Shown here in pieces: positions 54,028 through 63,385 of a DNA stretch of 64,000 bases; within the stretch, counting starts at the first letter, position 1; each line of letters begins with the position of its first letter. The translations under genes and the position numbers were made by a program. Under the pieces are notes generated by a model. That model was not told where the DNA came from and ran no database searches. It saw nothing but the letters and a program-made list of their open reading frames with translations. The stretch lies in sequence record NC_047770.1, one strand, 5' to 3'. The DNA is from Escherichia phage ESCO13.

Positions 54028-54802
54028 ACTTTGAAATTCGGTTGTAACCTTCTCCCAAACATCCGAAGAAAAGTTGCTCTACATAGTAGTGTGGCAATTG
54101 GCTAAGAATGATTTTGAAGTCTTCGTGATTTTGGCCCATAAGATACTTAATAGGACGAACAAGACACTGTGCATCACGTTCTTCATTAATCATTTTAACA
54201 AACGCTTCTGGTGTATTGATGTAGTTAAAATTCAGTTTAGCTTCAGTATCTGCTTGATTACCTTCATATTTTGCAAAATACAAGAAGTAAACATCATTTT
54301 TAACTTGATTTTCATCAAGAATCTCAATCAGTTTGTCTTCATGAGTTCCGGTGATATTTACATCATCAATGAACACAAGCTTCTTATCACCCCAGAATTC
54401 TTTGTTGCAGTAGAATGTATCCCCATCAATAAGTTTCTTACGACTAGCTTTATCCAAGAAACCATAATCGTTGATATAGCTAACTTTACGATGAATAATA
54501 TCCAGTTCTGCTGAACGACCTTGATCATATTGTGCTTGCAACATATTAAAGTAATTAATAAAATGATCTGTCATCATTGTTGCAGCATTGTGCACATGGT
54601 TATAAGGAGAAGGGATGATAACAAATTGTTCCCCAATATGTTTCATTGCCACTTGAGCAAAAAACTGAAGTGCCAATTCTTTACCCATACGACGCGCAGC
54701 TTGGTTACTACCAAATTTCAATTTTGAATAGTCTTTGATATCAAAAGTAGCAGTTTCCAGGTCATCAAATTTATTTGCAAAAATTTGAGTTTGATTACGC
54801 AT
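53975..54802 (-). CDS. Type I phosphoribosyltransferase-fold protein
   Basis: 275 aa; PRPP-binding-like loop KLVFIDDVNITGTHEDKL. Confidence 0.55.
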   Translation of the reverse strand: MRNQTQIFANKFDDLETATFDIKDYSKLKFGSNQAARRMGKELALQFFAQVAMKHIGEQFVIIPSPYNHVHNAATMMTDHFINYFNMLQAQYDQGRSAELDIIHRKVSYINDYGFLDKASRKKLIDGDTFYCNKEFWGDKKLVFIDDVNITGTHEDKLIEILDENQVKNDVYFLYFAKYEGNQADTEAKLNFNYINTPEAFVKMINEERDAQCLVRPIKYLMGQNHEDFKIILSQLPHYYVEQLFFGCLGEGYNRISKYAENFEFLDRYTKQHIL

Positions 54803-55472
54803 TTACAATTTCTCCTCTTTTAAGTTTCTCTAGTAAATCGTTAGGGTTCTTAATATGACAGAAGTTAATCCCTATGTCAACACATTTACCATCAAATTCT
54901 TCGCTGTCCCCAACATGTAAAATCTCTTCAGCCTTCAAAGGAATGCTTGAATATGTGGCGGTCCTAACAAAGAATCTAGGATCTGGTTTACATAACAGAT
55001 GTTCGTCTGAAAAATGCATAAATTCAAAACAATTCCAACTGTCGAACATACAAGCACGACGCAAAATATCCCCAGATATAAAATTAGTATTGCTTTTAAT
55101 ACTAAGATCATATTTACCAGACAAGTATAGCAAACAAACTGGCAAATCTAAAGCGATATGTGGAGGAAATTTAAGAAACCATTGCTCACACTCAAAACGC
55201 ATTTGTGCAGATTCTACAGGGGTTAAACCTATCTTTCTTCCCAACATATTCCATGCATATGCTACACCTTCTGCACACCCATTTAGTGCAGCATTATCCA
55301 TAATTTCTTTGGCATCTTTATATGCTTCTTTTGCCGCACGTTCAGACATTCTACCATATGTAGCAATAGTGTGCGTACGTGCATCTGCATAGTTTTGATT
55401 GGCAGAAATAAGAGTATTCCATACATCAAAAGAAATATGTTTTATTGTCATACTAGGCCCACCACGCATCAA
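54795..55472 (-). CDS. HAD-superfamily hydrolase-like protein (variant motif I)
   Basis: Motif I-like ISFDVWNTL (Trp where the second Asp is expected); motif III CKPDP; motif IV VGDSEEFD. Confidence 0.45.
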   Translation of the reverse strand: MMRGGPSMTIKHISFDVWNTLISANQNYADARTHTIATYGRMSERAAKEAYKDAKEIMDNAALNGCAEGVAYAWNMLGRKIGLTPVESAQMRFECEQWFLKFPPHIALDLPVCLLYLSGKYDLSIKSNTNFISGDILRRACMFDSWNCFEFMHFSDEHLLCKPDPRFFVRTATYSSIPLKAEEILHVGDSEEFDGKCVDIGINFCHIKNPNDLLEKLKRGEIVNA

Positions 55473-56058
55473 GATTTAAGTTACTGTCTACCACAACTTG
55501 TTCTATGTGGTAGCCTTTTATCTGTATCCCACTGTTCAAGAGCATATCATACGCTTCATTGAAACGCAACTTATCTTCTGCGGAATATAAGCGAGCATTA
55601 TAAAATCGGTAATCAATTTCTTCAGCATTAGAAGAAATACGGAAGAAGTTTGTTTCTACTTCGGGATCACTTGCTGAAGTCTTAATGTGAACTTCTCCAT
55701 AATTTTCTTTACTTAGATCCATGAAAAGAACACAGGCAACATGTTTAAACATTCGTTCCAGTTTGTAACGAACAACATTGAAACCTGCATTCTCAAGTTT
55801 TTCTACACACTGCAACATTAAAGTAGTGTCGAGATCGCTTTGATACTTTGTTAACATACGATCACGTTGAGACTTTGTATCCCGATGTAAATCAATTGTT
55901 GTGCATTTGGCACCAATAATCTTAGCTGCTTTCATCAACTCTTCAGAACTAACGTTAGATAAAGTAAGATGAAAATGGGCTTTCCACACTTTTTTAGCAG
56001 GGACACCAAAAGATTTATCCCCACTATTCGGCATGTTGACTACTACACTATGTTGCAT
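55453..56058 (-). CDS. Hypothetical protein
   Basis: 201 aa; a single HxTx (HLTL) motif only; not confidently assignable. Confidence 0.3.
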   Translation of the reverse strand: MQHSVVVNMPNSGDKSFGVPAKKVWKAHFHLTLSNVSSEELMKAAKIIGAKCTTIDLHRDTKSQRDRMLTKYQSDLDTTLMLQCVEKLENAGFNVVRYKLERMFKHVACVLFMDLSKENYGEVHIKTSASDPEVETNFFRISSNAEEIDYRFYNARLYSAEDKLRFNEAYDMLLNSGIQIKGYHIEQVVVDSNLNLDAWWA

Positions 56059-56073
56059 TACTTATCTCCTCAC

Positions 56074-56298
56074 TTAAAATGGAAGTCTTTGAAGTTCATC
56101 TCCTCCGATATCAAGTAATTTAGCAACATCTCGATCAGAAAGCAACTCTTTTCTTTGTAAAATATCCACAAGGGTTGCAAGAATGTCCTTAACGTCCCGA
56201 TCACTGTTCTTCAAAAGTTCTCCTGCCGTCCCTACCCTATCTCCTACAGCAAAATATGTAACCATAAAACCTCCTACGCTAATCTGATTGCCAACCAC
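56074..56298 (-). CDS. Hypothetical small protein
   Basis: 74 aa; overlaps the nrdG 3' end; true start probably internal. Confidence 0.25.
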   Translation of the reverse strand: MVGNQISVGGFMVTYFAVGDRVGTAGELLKNSDRDVKDILATLVDILQRKELLSDRDVAKLLDIGGDELQRLPF

Positions 56299-56749
56299 TC
56301 GCCGTTTTGGTCCATAATCTTTGATTATCTGACCCTCTGAAAGGTTTTGTGGTTGGATTGTTTATTTCATACTTTCCGTCTACAATAATGTCAACAAGAT
56401 TTTTAATATACAAAGGCACTTCCTCAAAAGTATATCCTGTATACACCATTATATCTTTGCTTGACCCATAAACGTCTCTAACCTTTTCTATAAGGTTTTT
56501 AACATTGTAAATATTCTGCGGATCTAATGGTTCTCCTCCTAAAATTGTTAAACCTTTTACAAACGGTCTTGACAAATCTTTTAAAACTTGCTCTACATTT
56601 TCGTTAGTGAACGGTTTCCCATAAGAATAAGACCAGGCTTTCTGGTTAAAACAGCCACGACAACCGTGGCTACAACCACTAACCCAGAGGGAGCACCTAA
56701 CTCCCTCACCATTAATAAGATCTACAGGTTCATATCCTGCAAAATTCAA
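56279..56749 (-). CDS. nrdG: Anaerobic ribonucleotide reductase activating protein (radical SAM)
   Basis: 156 aa; CSLWVSGCSHGCRGCFN carries the CxxxCxxC radical-SAM cluster motif; overlaps and follows nrdD. Confidence 0.85.
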   Translation of the reverse strand: MNFAGYEPVDLINGEGVRCSLWVSGCSHGCRGCFNQKAWSYSYGKPFTNENVEQVLKDLSRPFVKGLTILGGEPLDPQNIYNVKNLIEKVRDVYGSSKDIMVYTGYTFEEVPLYIKNLVDIIVDGKYEINNPTTKPFRGSDNQRLWTKTASGWQSD

Positions 56750-58560
56750 AGATGTTTCTCCCTTTGCAAAACTTCCTGCATTTTACCTTTGTTATAAGGC
56801 CGTGAATTAGGGGCAGAAAGATACCCTGATACACGTCTAACTACAGAAATAGTTTCTTCTTCATGGTTGCCACAATTAGGACACTCAAACCCTTTAGCCG
56901 TTGCCTTAAATTCTCCATGAAAACCACACTTAAAGCATTGATCCACGGGCTGATTAATACCAAAATAGTGAATATGTTCATAAGCGTAGTCTACTAAAGT
57001 CTCCAAAGCTTCTAAGTTATTCTTTAAGTTTGGTGTTTCGACATAACTTATGTTACCACCATTGCTAATCTGTGCAAAACCTGCTTCATAATCCCATTTT
57101 TCAAAAGGATTTGTTACCAACCATACAGGTTGATGAAAAGAATTAGTAAGATAGTCTCTTTCTACCAGACCTGGATATTTTTCATTTAAAGCTGTTGCAA
57201 ATTTATAGCACAAGGATTCTGCTGGAGTTCCATAAAGACTAAATGCCAACTTAGATCGTTCTTTAAACACAGCACACACATCTTTCATATGTTGCAGAAT
57301 GTTTTTACCTAGTTCCTTTTTATCTTTTTCCTCTGGATAAAGGATTTCCAAAGCTTCGGCAAGACCTACATAACCAATACTAATAGAAGCATAACCACCT
57401 TCAAACAAAGCACCAATTTCATCGTTGGCATTTAAACGCGCTAAAGCCCCTTCCATGAAAAGAATAGGGTTTTCAGATGCTTTGGTATGTCTGATACGGT
57501 TTACACGTAGCATGTGAGCATCGTAGGCTATCTCCATATGTTTATTAAGAAGATCGGTGAAAGATTCTCCTTTACTTCTCGCTTCCGCAGCAATCAGAGG
57601 CAAGTTGATAGAAACTACTCCAAGGTTGAATCGTCCATCATATTTTTCTCCTTGTTCGGTGGCATAGTACGACAAAAAGGAACGACAACCCATACTCGTA
57701 ACGGTACCATCTGCTGATCCCGTAACTTCTTTGTTCAAAGGAACAGAAATAAAATCTGGATAAATACGATCAGCACAACATGCCAAAGCTTGTTGCTTAA
57801 GGTCGTAGTTAGGATCACTAGGTTTCATGTTAACACCTTCTTGTAAAAAGAAAATAACTTTAGGGAATACAGGCGTTACATGATCTTTACCTAGACCGTT
57901 ACTATGCACTTTAAGATAGTTAGCTGTGATCATTCTGCCAAAAACAGAGGTATCCAGACCCATACTGATTGTAATAAAAGGAGATTGTCCATTAACACTC
58001 ATTAAAGTGTTAACCTGATACAAAAGAGTTTGCATAGCGTCATATACATCTTGTTCGGTCATTTCTAGGGCTTCTTTCCTTGCATAACAACCGTAGCGAC
58101 GTTTGGTTATCTCCATGTTTTTAAGGAAACTGGCTTCAACATAAGGACTAAGACCTTTATCAATGTGCGCACACGTCTGACCTCCATACTGACTGGAGGC
58201 AACAGCTTGGATGATTTGAGTTAGCACTGTAGTAGCTACTCCAATAGATTTTGGTTTTTCTATCTGTGCAGCACCGATCTTAAAACCATTCTCTAACATA
58301 TCTTGATAATTAACAAGACAACAGTTTGTAAGAGGAGAGAGCAGATAATCCAAGTCGTGAATATGTCCAAAACCTTCTGTATGCCATTCTGACAAGTTTT
58401 TTGGCAGTATCTGTGTCATTGCCATATGTTTGCTTAAAATCCCCGCCAAGAGATCCCTGTGCGTGTTAACAAGGTGGGAAGGTTTGTTTGCATTCTCTCT
58501 AGTGTATGTTTCTGAAGTGCGATCTAAAAAAGAAAAAACATCTTGGTACAAATCTTTCAT
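56746..58560 (-). CDS. nrdD: Anaerobic ribonucleoside-triphosphate reductase (class III)
   Basis: 604 aa; C-terminal zinc ribbon CFKCG...CPNCG and glycyl-radical motif RRVSGYL. Confidence 0.9.
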   Translation of the reverse strand: MKDLYQDVFSFLDRTSETYTRENANKPSHLVNTHRDLLAGILSKHMAMTQILPKNLSEWHTEGFGHIHDLDYLLSPLTNCCLVNYQDMLENGFKIGAAQIEKPKSIGVATTVLTQIIQAVASSQYGGQTCAHIDKGLSPYVEASFLKNMEITKRRYGCYARKEALEMTEQDVYDAMQTLLYQVNTLMSVNGQSPFITISMGLDTSVFGRMITANYLKVHSNGLGKDHVTPVFPKVIFFLQEGVNMKPSDPNYDLKQQALACCADRIYPDFISVPLNKEVTGSADGTVTSMGCRSFLSYYATEQGEKYDGRFNLGVVSINLPLIAAEARSKGESFTDLLNKHMEIAYDAHMLRVNRIRHTKASENPILFMEGALARLNANDEIGALFEGGYASISIGYVGLAEALEILYPEEKDKKELGKNILQHMKDVCAVFKERSKLAFSLYGTPAESLCYKFATALNEKYPGLVERDYLTNSFHQPVWLVTNPFEKWDYEAGFAQISNGGNISYVETPNLKNNLEALETLVDYAYEHIHYFGINQPVDQCFKCGFHGEFKATAKGFECPNCGNHEEETISVVRRVSGYLSAPNSRPYNKGKMQEVLQREKHL

Positions 58561-58628
58561 TATTAATCCTTATTTTGTGAGTAGAACTATTATTCTACCT
58601 CTTTCAACCGAAAAAAGCTTTGAGGGAA

Positions 58629-58662
58629 ATCAAAAAAGGCGCAAAGTGCGCCTTTAAGTTTT
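58629..58662 (-). terminator. Rho-independent terminator upstream of nrdD (minus strand)
   Basis: AAAGGCGC-ACTTT-GCGCCTTT followed on the minus strand by TTTTGATTT. Confidence 0.5.
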
Positions 58663-58663
58663 A

Positions 58664-60079
58664 TCATTTGGAGAGGAATTGTCTTCCCATGATCTTACCG
58701 TTCTTCACAGCGGTCCCATCGTGTCCATTGTAATCCCAGGTTCCATCGATATTACGCAAGAAGCTATCACGAACAGTATAGGCTTTACCGTTCTCTACTT
58801 TACTTTCTTCCACAATGATTGCCATAACAAGCTTATTTTCAATTTCGGTAGTAACCGATTCTTTGATACCCTCTGTAACTTCACGATCATATTGGATATA
58901 AACTCGCTCCTCGGTTACTTGCACGTCTACCACATTTTTAAATGTGTAGGTCTGTTGCGTAGTGTAGAGGACACGAACGACACTCTTCTTACCTACCGGA
59001 GGCTTCTTACGAGGCTTACGGTAACGTGGTTTAGGGTTGTTAGTTGGAAGCCAACCAACAATATCCCGATCATATCCAACATGACCCCAAGTGAAATGCG
59101 TAGCCGATCCACTATCCGTAGTTCCGTCACGAAAGAGAACTTCTACGTGACCACCACAAGGGCGGTGTCCACCATTATTATAGTTGTATTTTGCCGTGCG
59201 CGGGAGAATGAAGTATTCTTTAATCGCCCACTCTTCCAGATTGTCGATATTCCAAGTGAATACTGTTCCCTTAGCAACATCTGTTTGACCATTGTTGAAG
59301 CGAACCTGCACGAAATCTTCCGAAGGCATAACACCTGTGTTCGGCAGATATTCAAATGCAGTATCTTCCGCTACAAACTGTTCTTCCTCTTGCTCCTCAA
59401 TACTTGGCACAGGCGCAGCTTCATCGTATTTCGCAGCAAACATATTTTTAAATTCTTGAGCCGTGACTTCTACAAGGCCGCGATCACCAGTAGCAGCAGA
59501 GTGTGGGCGTGGTAAATCCCCAACTTCAATATGCATTGCATCTAAGCCTGCTTGACGATCAAAGAAGATAACCTTGCGGAATTGTTTATCTTTATATTGT
59601 GGCAGTTCATACATACTTGGATCGATTGTCTTCAAACGTTCAGCATCTTCTGGCTTCCAGAAGCTTTTACCTGTTGCAAATCTAAAGTCTACCAGTAGTT
59701 TAACAACATCTCCTAATGATAAACTATCTGCATCTACGAAAACGTCTTCGATTCCCAATAACCCTGATTTCTTAAGAATCAAATCTAACATGTAACCTCC
59801 TGTGGTTTGTTCTGCGTCTGGATAACGATCAACACTGGTGCTGGTTACACCGTTTATTTCACCAGTGGAGGCATTGTAGGAAATATATGGGAAGGTCATA
59901 TCGTTCATTGCAAAATCACCTGAACAGGTTGGATCATCTTCTCCCTCCCAGCCATACACCTTCACAATACCTTCACACAATTTGTCATACACACCAGCGC
60001 GACGTGCTGCTTCAGCAACTTCCTGTTTACGGGCAAATTTATTAATCATGATTCCTCCTGTTAATTGCCATAGATGCAC
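58664..60079 (-). CDS. Hypothetical protein (GTG start)
   Basis: 471 aa; no motif recognised by eye. Confidence 0.4.
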   Translation of the reverse strand: MHLWQLTGGIMINKFARKQEVAEAARRAGVYDKLCEGIVKVYGWEGEDDPTCSGDFAMNDMTFPYISYNASTGEINGVTSTSVDRYPDAEQTTGGYMLDLILKKSGLLGIEDVFVDADSLSLGDVVKLLVDFRFATGKSFWKPEDAERLKTIDPSMYELPQYKDKQFRKVIFFDRQAGLDAMHIEVGDLPRPHSAATGDRGLVEVTAQEFKNMFAAKYDEAAPVPSIEEQEEEQFVAEDTAFEYLPNTGVMPSEDFVQVRFNNGQTDVAKGTVFTWNIDNLEEWAIKEYFILPRTAKYNYNNGGHRPCGGHVEVLFRDGTTDSGSATHFTWGHVGYDRDIVGWLPTNNPKPRYRKPRKKPPVGKKSVVRVLYTTQQTYTFKNVVDVQVTEERVYIQYDREVTEGIKESVTTEIENKLVMAIIVEESKVENGKAYTVRDSFLRNIDGTWDYNGHDGTAVKNGKIMGRQFLSK

Positions 60080-60599
60080 GAGGTTCGGCTATGGCTGTTG
60101 CATAAATATATGGATGACCTTGTGGGGACAATCTTGTTCCGAATGACCCTAATTCTAAACCATTCATGTCTTCCACGTCAAGCCCTATTTCTGTTTCTAC
60201 AATTCTTGTTTGGACTTTGTAGTAGGTCCAGAAGAAGTATCGCATTTCTTCGGCATACTCTTTCACTTCACCAAAGCTGGGATAGAACTCAATCAACTCC
60301 AGCTTCAAGAAGATGTTGAAGTGAGAATCATCCAACACTTCCTCTGTGCGGTAACATGGTGTCAGGGCCATGTAGGGATGACCAGCGATAAACTCGTAGC
60401 CATCCTTTTCCATTTGCAAGAATGATTGCTCGGCACTGGCAACATAAAACTTCCCATTAGGATGCCCCAAAGGAGCATCTTCTTTGCCAGGTGGCAGTGT
60501 GAATGCCAAAATATCTGCATCCACTAAATAAGGAACATCTAACATTTCAGCAAAGCGTCCATAACTCTGGATGGCTTCGGCAATCACACCTGTGTTCAT
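60042..60599 (-). CDS. Hypothetical protein
   Basis: 185 aa. Confidence 0.4.
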   Translation of the reverse strand: MNTGVIAEAIQSYGRFAEMLDVPYLVDADILAFTLPPGKEDAPLGHPNGKFYVASAEQSFLQMEKDGYEFIAGHPYMALTPCYRTEEVLDDSHFNIFLKLELIEFYPSFGEVKEYAEEMRYFFWTYYKVQTRIVETEIGLDVEDMNGLELGSFGTRLSPQGHPYIYATAIAEPRASMAINRRNHD

Positions 60600-60847
60600 G
60601 ACCTTCCTCCTGTGCGGAAAGCGCGTTTAGTAATGTTGGACATAATGATTAAATCTTGTAAAGTCATATCTGGGAACTGTTGTTCTAAAACTCCCTCGAC
60701 AGCCCCTATAATATCTGACAATTCAACAAGTTGCATTATTTTGCAATCCTGCTCAACAGCATCAAAAAGTTCTTCTACTTCCTCTTTAATCTTTTCTATG
60801 CTGCCATAAGGTTGTTTCTTAATGTCTGTTATGTGATACCCTGCCAT
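60596..60847 (-). CDS. Small helical protein, possible MazG/HisE-like nucleotide pyrophosphohydrolase
   Basis: 83 aa; EKIKEEVEELFDAVEQ...LVELSDIIGAVEGVLEQ resembles the EExxE...D/E helices of MazG-like proteins; tentative. Confidence 0.25.
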   Translation of the reverse strand: MAGYHITDIKKQPYGSIEKIKEEVEELFDAVEQDCKIMQLVELSDIIGAVEGVLEQQFPDMTLQDLIIMSNITKRAFRTGGRS

Positions 60848-62440
60848 TTAACGATCCTCTCTGATTTGATTAATCTTACGAGCAAGGGCAGCTATAAGCT
60901 TATCTTCTTCAGATACAGGAGCCGTGCTCTTACCTAAACGATGCATGTCTAAAATCTCTTGAACAGTTCGGTTCCATTGCAGACATTTAATACAACGTGT
61001 ATGTGCAACATACAGAAGATTTCGTTCTGATTCTTCAAGACCTACCCACTCACCCTTCTTATCGTAATTAGAAGGGAAGTCATTTGCAACAATAACCTGA
61101 TCCCATTCCAAACCTTTTGATTTGTGGGCTGTAGTTAAAGTAACTTTAGCCGTTGGAGAGTTACGGTGCATACGTAAAGTGTATGCAATATTATTAGCTT
61201 TACCAGAAACAACAATGTTTAAAAGTCGTTTTGCATCAGGATCTGATTCTGCACACTCTACAAATTCTTCCCAAGAAGTGTAAGGTAGAACTGTCTCATG
61301 CTTAACTTTGTCCAAATCACCTCTACGTAAAGCATTAACACTATCAACCATAGAAATGAAATCTTTGGTATCTACGTTAATAATAATCTCTTCTCCGTTA
61401 GCGATTCGGTCCATAGCTTCGAGCAACAGGGTCAAATTCTTACGGAAAATAATGGTGTAAGGTTTACTATAATCTACCACATCAGAATGAAAACTTCCAG
61501 TGACAGTATCATAACCTTTCCCTACCAGCGGATGCTTCAGAGGTGAGCGATCAGAAAGGATCGCATTAGCAATGTCCGCAACTTTAGGACCAAAGCGAAA
61601 ACAAGCTGTCAGAGGCAACTCAACCCCATATGTAGCCGTTTGCTTCATCATGTTCTGGCTTCCACGGAACTGATAAATACTCTGAAACTCATCACCCACA
61701 ACAACAATACGTTTAGCCGATTTAGCATTGCGAAGGATAGACAGGAATGCAGGGTTAACATCCTGGAATTCATCTCCAAAAATAATATCGTATCCTAAAT
61801 CTTCTTTACTCAATTCAAAGAGTTTCACATAGGTGTCATGAGTCATAATGGTTTCTGATTTAGGATCAATACGCTCACGCCAAAGTTGCTTCGCATATTT
61901 AACAACTTCGTTAATAAGTTTTTGTTCGTTGATGTTCTTACGTTTAAGATCTGACATATGCACTTTAGGAAAATGTTTATGTCCAATATGTTCATCGTCA
62001 GAAAACTCGTATTTAGCTAAAGTTTGTTTTACCATTAACCCGATCATTGCACGAGTCAGTAGCACTTTACCATTCTTATCAATCAAGTTCTGAATCTTGA
62101 ATTTTTTGGCAATCTCACTACCAGTTCCAGCTACGTTAACATATTGACCTTCTGGACGAGACAATTTGTGTCGAAGGTTTTGTGGAAGACGCTGGTAACA
62201 GATTGAATGTAGCGTTCGGCACATAACATTAGGCGGCATTTTACGTCGAGCTTCCTCTGCCATACTTTTGTTAAACGCCAAGTATAGAATACTATCATTT
62301 GTGCCATTAGCCAACATATACAGCGTTGACGTTTTACCTGATCCAGATTTAGCTTGAATTGTAACGAAACGATTTTCTTGATACCCACTTTCAATAGCGT
62401 ATTGTTCGTCGGTAGGTGTAAAACTCAACTGTGTAGACAC
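60848..62440 (-). CDS. UvrD/PcrA-like superfamily 1 DNA helicase
   Basis: 530 aa; Walker A AKSGSGKTST; VVVGDEFQSIYQFRGS; TAHKSKGLEWDQVIVA. Confidence 0.75.
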   Translation of the reverse strand: MSTQLSFTPTDEQYAIESGYQENRFVTIQAKSGSGKTSTLYMLANGTNDSILYLAFNKSMAEEARRKMPPNVMCRTLHSICYQRLPQNLRHKLSRPEGQYVNVAGTGSEIAKKFKIQNLIDKNGKVLLTRAMIGLMVKQTLAKYEFSDDEHIGHKHFPKVHMSDLKRKNINEQKLINEVVKYAKQLWRERIDPKSETIMTHDTYVKLFELSKEDLGYDIIFGDEFQDVNPAFLSILRNAKSAKRIVVVGDEFQSIYQFRGSQNMMKQTATYGVELPLTACFRFGPKVADIANAILSDRSPLKHPLVGKGYDTVTGSFHSDVVDYSKPYTIIFRKNLTLLLEAMDRIANGEEIIINVDTKDFISMVDSVNALRRGDLDKVKHETVLPYTSWEEFVECAESDPDAKRLLNIVVSGKANNIAYTLRMHRNSPTAKVTLTTAHKSKGLEWDQVIVANDFPSNYDKKGEWVGLEESERNLLYVAHTRCIKCLQWNRTVQEILDMHRLGKSTAPVSEEDKLIAALARKINQIREDR

Positions 62441-62454
62441 GTATTTCTCCTCTC

Positions 62455-62964
62455 TTAATAAAAACTCTTGACAATCCTCATCATTTCCTTAGCTCTGCTG
62501 GCATAAGGTTCTTTTAGATTAGGTGGCAAATGTGCATTAATGTATCCCATTTGTTTTTCCCATGTCCACTTATCTTTAAATCTTGGCATGGTATCTCCTG
62601 CTAAACTGTTTTCTTTTCGTGTTTGAATAATCCAATTACATGGAAAATGCACACCACCTTTACGGAAGGGAATATAATGTCCCAATGTGAATGCCTTATT
62701 GTTCTTTAAACGTCCAGCTAAATTAAGATTAACAATAAGACTACGAAACACATAGTATTGATAAAGATTGTCAACAGTATATACAGAGTAGTATGCTCTA
62801 AGTGCATTATCTCTACTAAGATTACCAACATCCAAACTGCACCAGTTTAAATTACTTGGATCATAGTTGTGATTATCAATCCATTCTTCTCTTTCCTCAA
62901 ATTCTGCATTAACAGCAGATTGCCCTGCTGTAGATACAAAAAGAGAATTTGCATCAAAGAACAT
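62455..62964 (-). CDS. Hypothetical protein
   Basis: 169 aa. Confidence 0.4.
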   Translation of the reverse strand: MFFDANSLFVSTAGQSAVNAEFEEREEWIDNHNYDPSNLNWCSLDVGNLSRDNALRAYYSVYTVDNLYQYYVFRSLIVNLNLAGRLKNNKAFTLGHYIPFRKGGVHFPCNWIIQTRKENSLAGDTMPRFKDKWTWEKQMGYINAHLPPNLKEPYASRAKEMMRIVKSFY

Positions 62965-62974
62965 ACTCCCTCCT

Positions 62975-63385
62975 TTAGTTTACATCGTTTAGAGCATTAC
63001 CAATCTTTAAGATAATAACATCGTTAAGGGCTTCTTCTCCATTAAGGCCAGAGAAAGCAGGAGTAACGAAAGTTACCATATAATAATGGTCTTCTTGTAG
63101 GATTGCGATAACGCCGTCTAGTTTAACATCTCCTGTGAAACGAAAAACTTTCAACTTTTGTTCTAAAGGAAGATCTCCTTCAACATTTAAAACCATATCT
63201 CCAACACCAAACTTTTCTGCCCCGATGTAGATGTAAGCTTGGTCCTCTTTTTTATGATAATACAGTGTTGCTTGTTTGTCTTGTAGTGTTGTGATACCAA
63301 ACACATCTACATCAATAATATTTTTCAAAAATTCTCCTCCCAAATCCAATAATTGTCTACATAAGTAGGATGCCTTTTGTCCCAC
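62975..63385 (-). CDS. Hypothetical protein
   Basis: 136 aa. Confidence 0.4.
   Translation of the reverse strand: MGQKASYLCRQLLDLGGEFLKNIIDVDVFGITTLQDKQATLYYHKKEDQAYIYIGAEKFGVGDMVLNVEGDLPLEQKLKVFRFTGDVKLDGVIAILQEDHYYMVTFVTPAFSGLNGEEALNDVIILKIGNALNDVN

Noticed and set aside
54874-55392. 172-aa plus-strand ORF opposite the HAD-like gene
   Set aside because: Antisense to a CDS with recognisable HAD motifs; no independent support.
55453-56058. Possible 2H phosphoesterase (LigT-like) call for the 201-aa protein
   Set aside because: Only one HxTx motif (HLTL) is visible and the second required motif could not be found, so the protein is left as hypothetical.
58679-59515. 278-aa plus-strand ORF opposite the 58664-60079 gene
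   Set aside because: Antisense to a longer ORF that fits the operon orientation and coupling; no RBS.
58664-60079. Possible NAMPT-like nicotinamide phosphoribosyltransferase (size about 470 aa, near nucleotide metabolism genes)
   Set aside because: None of the NAMPT sequence features I recall are present, so size alone is not evidence.
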